From contig OZ244937.1 in NCBI GenBank assembly GCA_965222075.1, positions 3,008,001 through 3,072,000 of the forward strand: a stretch of 64,000 bases of DNA, given 5' to 3'. Position 1 is the first letter of the stretch. Every line of letters starts with the position of its first letter. This document shows positions 61,438-64,000 of this stretch, piece after piece. The notes under the pieces are model-generated. The model saw only the letters and a list, made by a program, of their open reading frames with translations. It was not told where the DNA came from and did not search any database. The translations under genes and the position numbers were made by a program. The stretch is from Candidatus Latescibacterota bacterium. Lineage in GTDB: Bacteria > Latescibacterota > UBA2968 > GCA-2709665.

Positions 61438-64000
61438 CTACCTTGCCCCCGAAAACTGCGCCTCTCCCACAGACCTGACCTCAGGCTCTCCGTCACCCAG
61501 CCTCACAAACGCCGAGGTTCGGATCTGATACTTCACGCCCCCCGGCACCTTGCGGCGCGGACAAAACAGATACTGCATGCCGCCCTCCGCCACCGCAACA
61601 CCCGGATCGCTCTCCAGGATCACGTGCGTCTCCCCCCCGGTCCGCCTCACCTCTACAACGCCGTACCCAAGCGTGGCGCCGTCCCCAAAGCCCACAATCG
61701 CGGTCGCCCCCTTTAACGCCTCTCCCTCCGGCAACTCGCCCGTTACCTTCAGCGCATCGTACGCATCCCCGGCCTCTTTCCGGAGCGCCCCCCTCACCTC
61801 CCCTTCGTAGGTTCCACCTCCCGACAGCACCCGATCTCGCCACCTCAGTTCGGTGCCCCCCCACAGTCCCATCTCCTCCAAAACGCCCTCCCGCTCCCGC
61901 ACGAACCCCACCTCTCCCTCTATGCGGAGATTGCCCACCCGGAGCGGCCCCCTGCCCGGTTCGGCCCGGTGCACGATGTGGTCCGTCACCCCGTGATGCC
62001 GCACCCTCAAAGCGATCGCATCCCCCTCCGGCGTCTCCAGCGTCACGGAATCCACAAACGGCTCACCCTCATAAGGCTCGTGCACCGCCGCAAAACAGCT
62101 CGACAGCGGCGCCGGTCCCTCCCGCCGCACCAGAAAGATCGGCATCCGGTAACGGTCCAGCACCGCATCGTTCTCCTCCGCCCGGCGGATCGACGGCGCA
62201 TCCCCTGAGAAAACCTCCGCACCCCCCAGCGCAGGCAGATGCGTCCGTATCCCCACGGGCGACTCTGAAACTGAAATATTCACCGACACCCCATCGGTCA
62301 CCTCTCCCCGGCACACGTTTTGAAAGAACCCGTAACCCGGATGCCTCCCCCCCGCCTCTCCCGGGTCCTTCGCATTTTCGGGCAGCCGGACCTCAACGCC
62401 GGGAAGCATGTGCTCCGCATAGAATTTCAGGGGAACGCCGACCTCTGCCCCGCTGTCCCGGTCCGCGCTCCCGTGGATCACCCAGTCGTGCCGGGAGCCT
62501 CCAACCACGCGGAACAGATCCACAACGTACACACCCCCCCTGCCTGCATCCACCAGCATCACCGTTCGCCCGTATACCTCCGCCAGCCCCGGATACGACC
62601 GCTCCCCTCGCGCGGCTACCCACTGAACCGATTCAACCCCCGTCTCAAACGCCAGCAGGTGTCCATCTCCGGGCACGTGCTTGTTCCGGTCCCCCGTAAA
62701 CTGCTCCTCCCCGTCGATCACCACCGTATTGTGGCAAAGCGTGCTGATGCTCCACTGCCTGTAGCGCGAGTGCGTATACCCCAGATCCGGCAGGAGTTCC
62801 TGCCCCCTGGCGAACAGCATCAGATTCAGCGTATCGCCGTGGCTGTGCCCGTACGCCCCCTCGGAAAAGTGCAGGTGAACCTGTACCTGCTCTTTCCCTT
62901 CTCCCTGTCCCAGCCACGCATGCCCCACACCTGCCAGCAGCGTCGAAACTGAACGCTCCGGTGCAGGGAGAGCGGGGACCCGCGCCCACCCATCGTGCAC
63001 CGGTATCGTCCGTCCATCGGGATACCGGCACATATCCAAAAGGCGTCTCGCCCGGGCAATAACCGGAAATTCCACCTCCGGATCAAGCGCCTCAAACCGC
63101 TTTCCGTCCACCGGGTCAACATAATCCGGAGGGTCCGAATAGCCCTTCAGCGCATCCAGCACCCCCTGCATCCCCCGCATCGTATACCCGTGATAGTCCA
63201 CGCTCCCCTGGCACCAGAACCCGTCCACAAAAAACCACCGTTCAAACAGGCCCTTGCTCCGGCGCACCGCCTCGTGGACCAGCCCCGGGTCTCCCAGTAC
63301 CCGCCCGAGCACGGCATATCCCTCATAGGTACCAGGACTCGCATTGGTATAGAGAGGACCGTGAAAATCGTCCTGGCGCACCCCGCCCCGAAAAAAATCC
63401 TTCTCAATCCGTTCCCTGACATCTACCCCAACCGCTTCGGACAACCGCTCCAATTCCCCGCTGTCGTATATCCAGTCATACGCAAACACCAGATCCGTGG
63501 GAATCTCGATATACCGCCACTCCCCCCACTTCCCGCCCCGCCTCGGAAAAGGCGGCTCCCGGTAAAATGCCTTGGGCGTATGCACCTCGTCCAAACACAC
63601 CAGAAACCCCGGATAGTACCGGGCAAACGCGTCTAAGATCAGCGCCGCTCGGCGCGCATACGTCCGCTCTCCCGTCGCCTGGAACAGCGCTCCCATATCC
63701 TTCGCCAGGGAAGCGAAGTAAAACCGCGCGCACCACCATCCTTTCGCGCTGAAAAAGTACCGGTTCCCGTCCCTGTCTTCCCAATAGGGATACGCAACCT
63801 CTTCCCCAACCGGATTGGTCACCTTCAAAACCCGGTCTTCGGGATAGGTCTCATTGGGAAAACCCATACCGCAGTACCGGCACGTCACGTAGTGAGGATC
63901 TTCAATCGTCCAGACAAGCTGACTCTCGTGCGTGCCTTCATTGCAATCGGGGCATCCCATAAACCGGAACCCTGTCCTGTCCGGCGCCAGCCCCACCATC
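61438..64000 (-). CDS. Heparinase II/III-like lyase, paralogue 3 (5' end outside window)
   Basis: CPDC...CRYC, DGFWCQGSVDYH, GHSHGD, DLGY, HNTVVID. Confidence 0.85.
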   Translation of the reverse strand, partial: MVGLAPDRTGFRFMGCPDCNEGTHESQLVWTIEDPHYVTCRYCGMGFPNETYPEDRVLKVTNPVGEEVAYPYWEDRDGNRYFFSAKGWWCARFYFASLAKDMGALFQATGERTYARRAALILDAFARYYPGFLVCLDEVHTPKAFYREPPFPRRGGKWGEWRYIEIPTDLVFAYDWIYDSGELERLSEAVGVDVRERIEKDFFRGGVRQDDFHGPLYTNASPGTYEGYAVLGRVLGDPGLVHEAVRRSKGLFERWFFVDGFWCQGSVDYHGYTMRGMQGVLDALKGYSDPPDYVDPVDGKRFEALDPEVEFPVIARARRLLDMCRYPDGRTIPVHDGWARVPALPAPERSVSTLLAGVGHAWLGQGEGKEQVQVHLHFSEGAYGHSHGDTLNLMLFARGQELLPDLGYTHSRYRQWSISTLCHNTVVIDGEEQFTGDRNKHVPGDGHLLAFETGVESVQWVAARGERSYPGLAEVYGRTVMLVDAGRGGVYVVDLFRVVGGSRHDWVIHGSADRDSGAEVGVPLKFYAEHMLPGVEVRLPENAKDPGEAGGRHPGYGFFQNVCRGEVTDGVSVNISVSESPVGIRTHLPALGGAEVFSGDAPSIRRAEENDAVLDRYRMPIFLVRREGPAPLSSCFAAVHEPYEGEPFVDSVTLETPEGDAIALRVRHHGVTDHIVHRAEPGRGPLRVGNLRIEGEVGFVREREGVLEEMGLWGGTELRWRDRVLSGGGTYEGEVRGALRKEAGDAYDALKVTGELPEGEALKGATAIVGFGDGATLGYGVVEVRRTGGETHVILESDPGVAVAEGGMQYLFCPRRKVPGGVKYQIRTSAFVRLGDGEPEVRSVGEAQFSGAR

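Overview
Bacterial chromosomal window, GC-rich core with visibly AT-richer inserts. Gene content (dockerin-like/YVTN protein, tandem heparinase II/III-like paralogues, kinase-sigma54 activator fusion) is reminiscent of Latescibacterota/FCB-group bacteria (inference). Left half (574-31.4 kb): accessory DNA lying between the 5' end of glnS and tRNA-Gln/gltX. It carries a tightly coupled 4-gene candidate defence operon (unknown protein, two BrxD/DUF2791-like ATPases, and a 1931-aa fusion of an Lhr-like helicase, an Fe-S RecB/Cas4-like nuclease and a Upf1/Dna2-like helicase). It also carries IS200 and IS5 remnants, a low-GC two-permease RND export cluster, an ISKra4-like element nested in another, an IS630 remnant, and a kinase-ATPase-TPR-GAF-sigma54 activator. 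Middle: tRNA-Gln, gltX, and two tRNA-Ser genes with a toxin-antitoxin pair and a solo TIR gene between them. Right half: housekeeping genes (acpS, nnr, split carB, TPR-TonB fusion, pyrK, pyrD, rlpA) and a carbohydrate-catabolism cluster with three heparinase-like paralogues. A family of 25-36 bp CCTG...CAGG hairpins has inserted repeatedly, often in frame, into genes (glnS, a transposase, an OMP) and into itself. All calls come from motif recognition by eye; no database searches were run.
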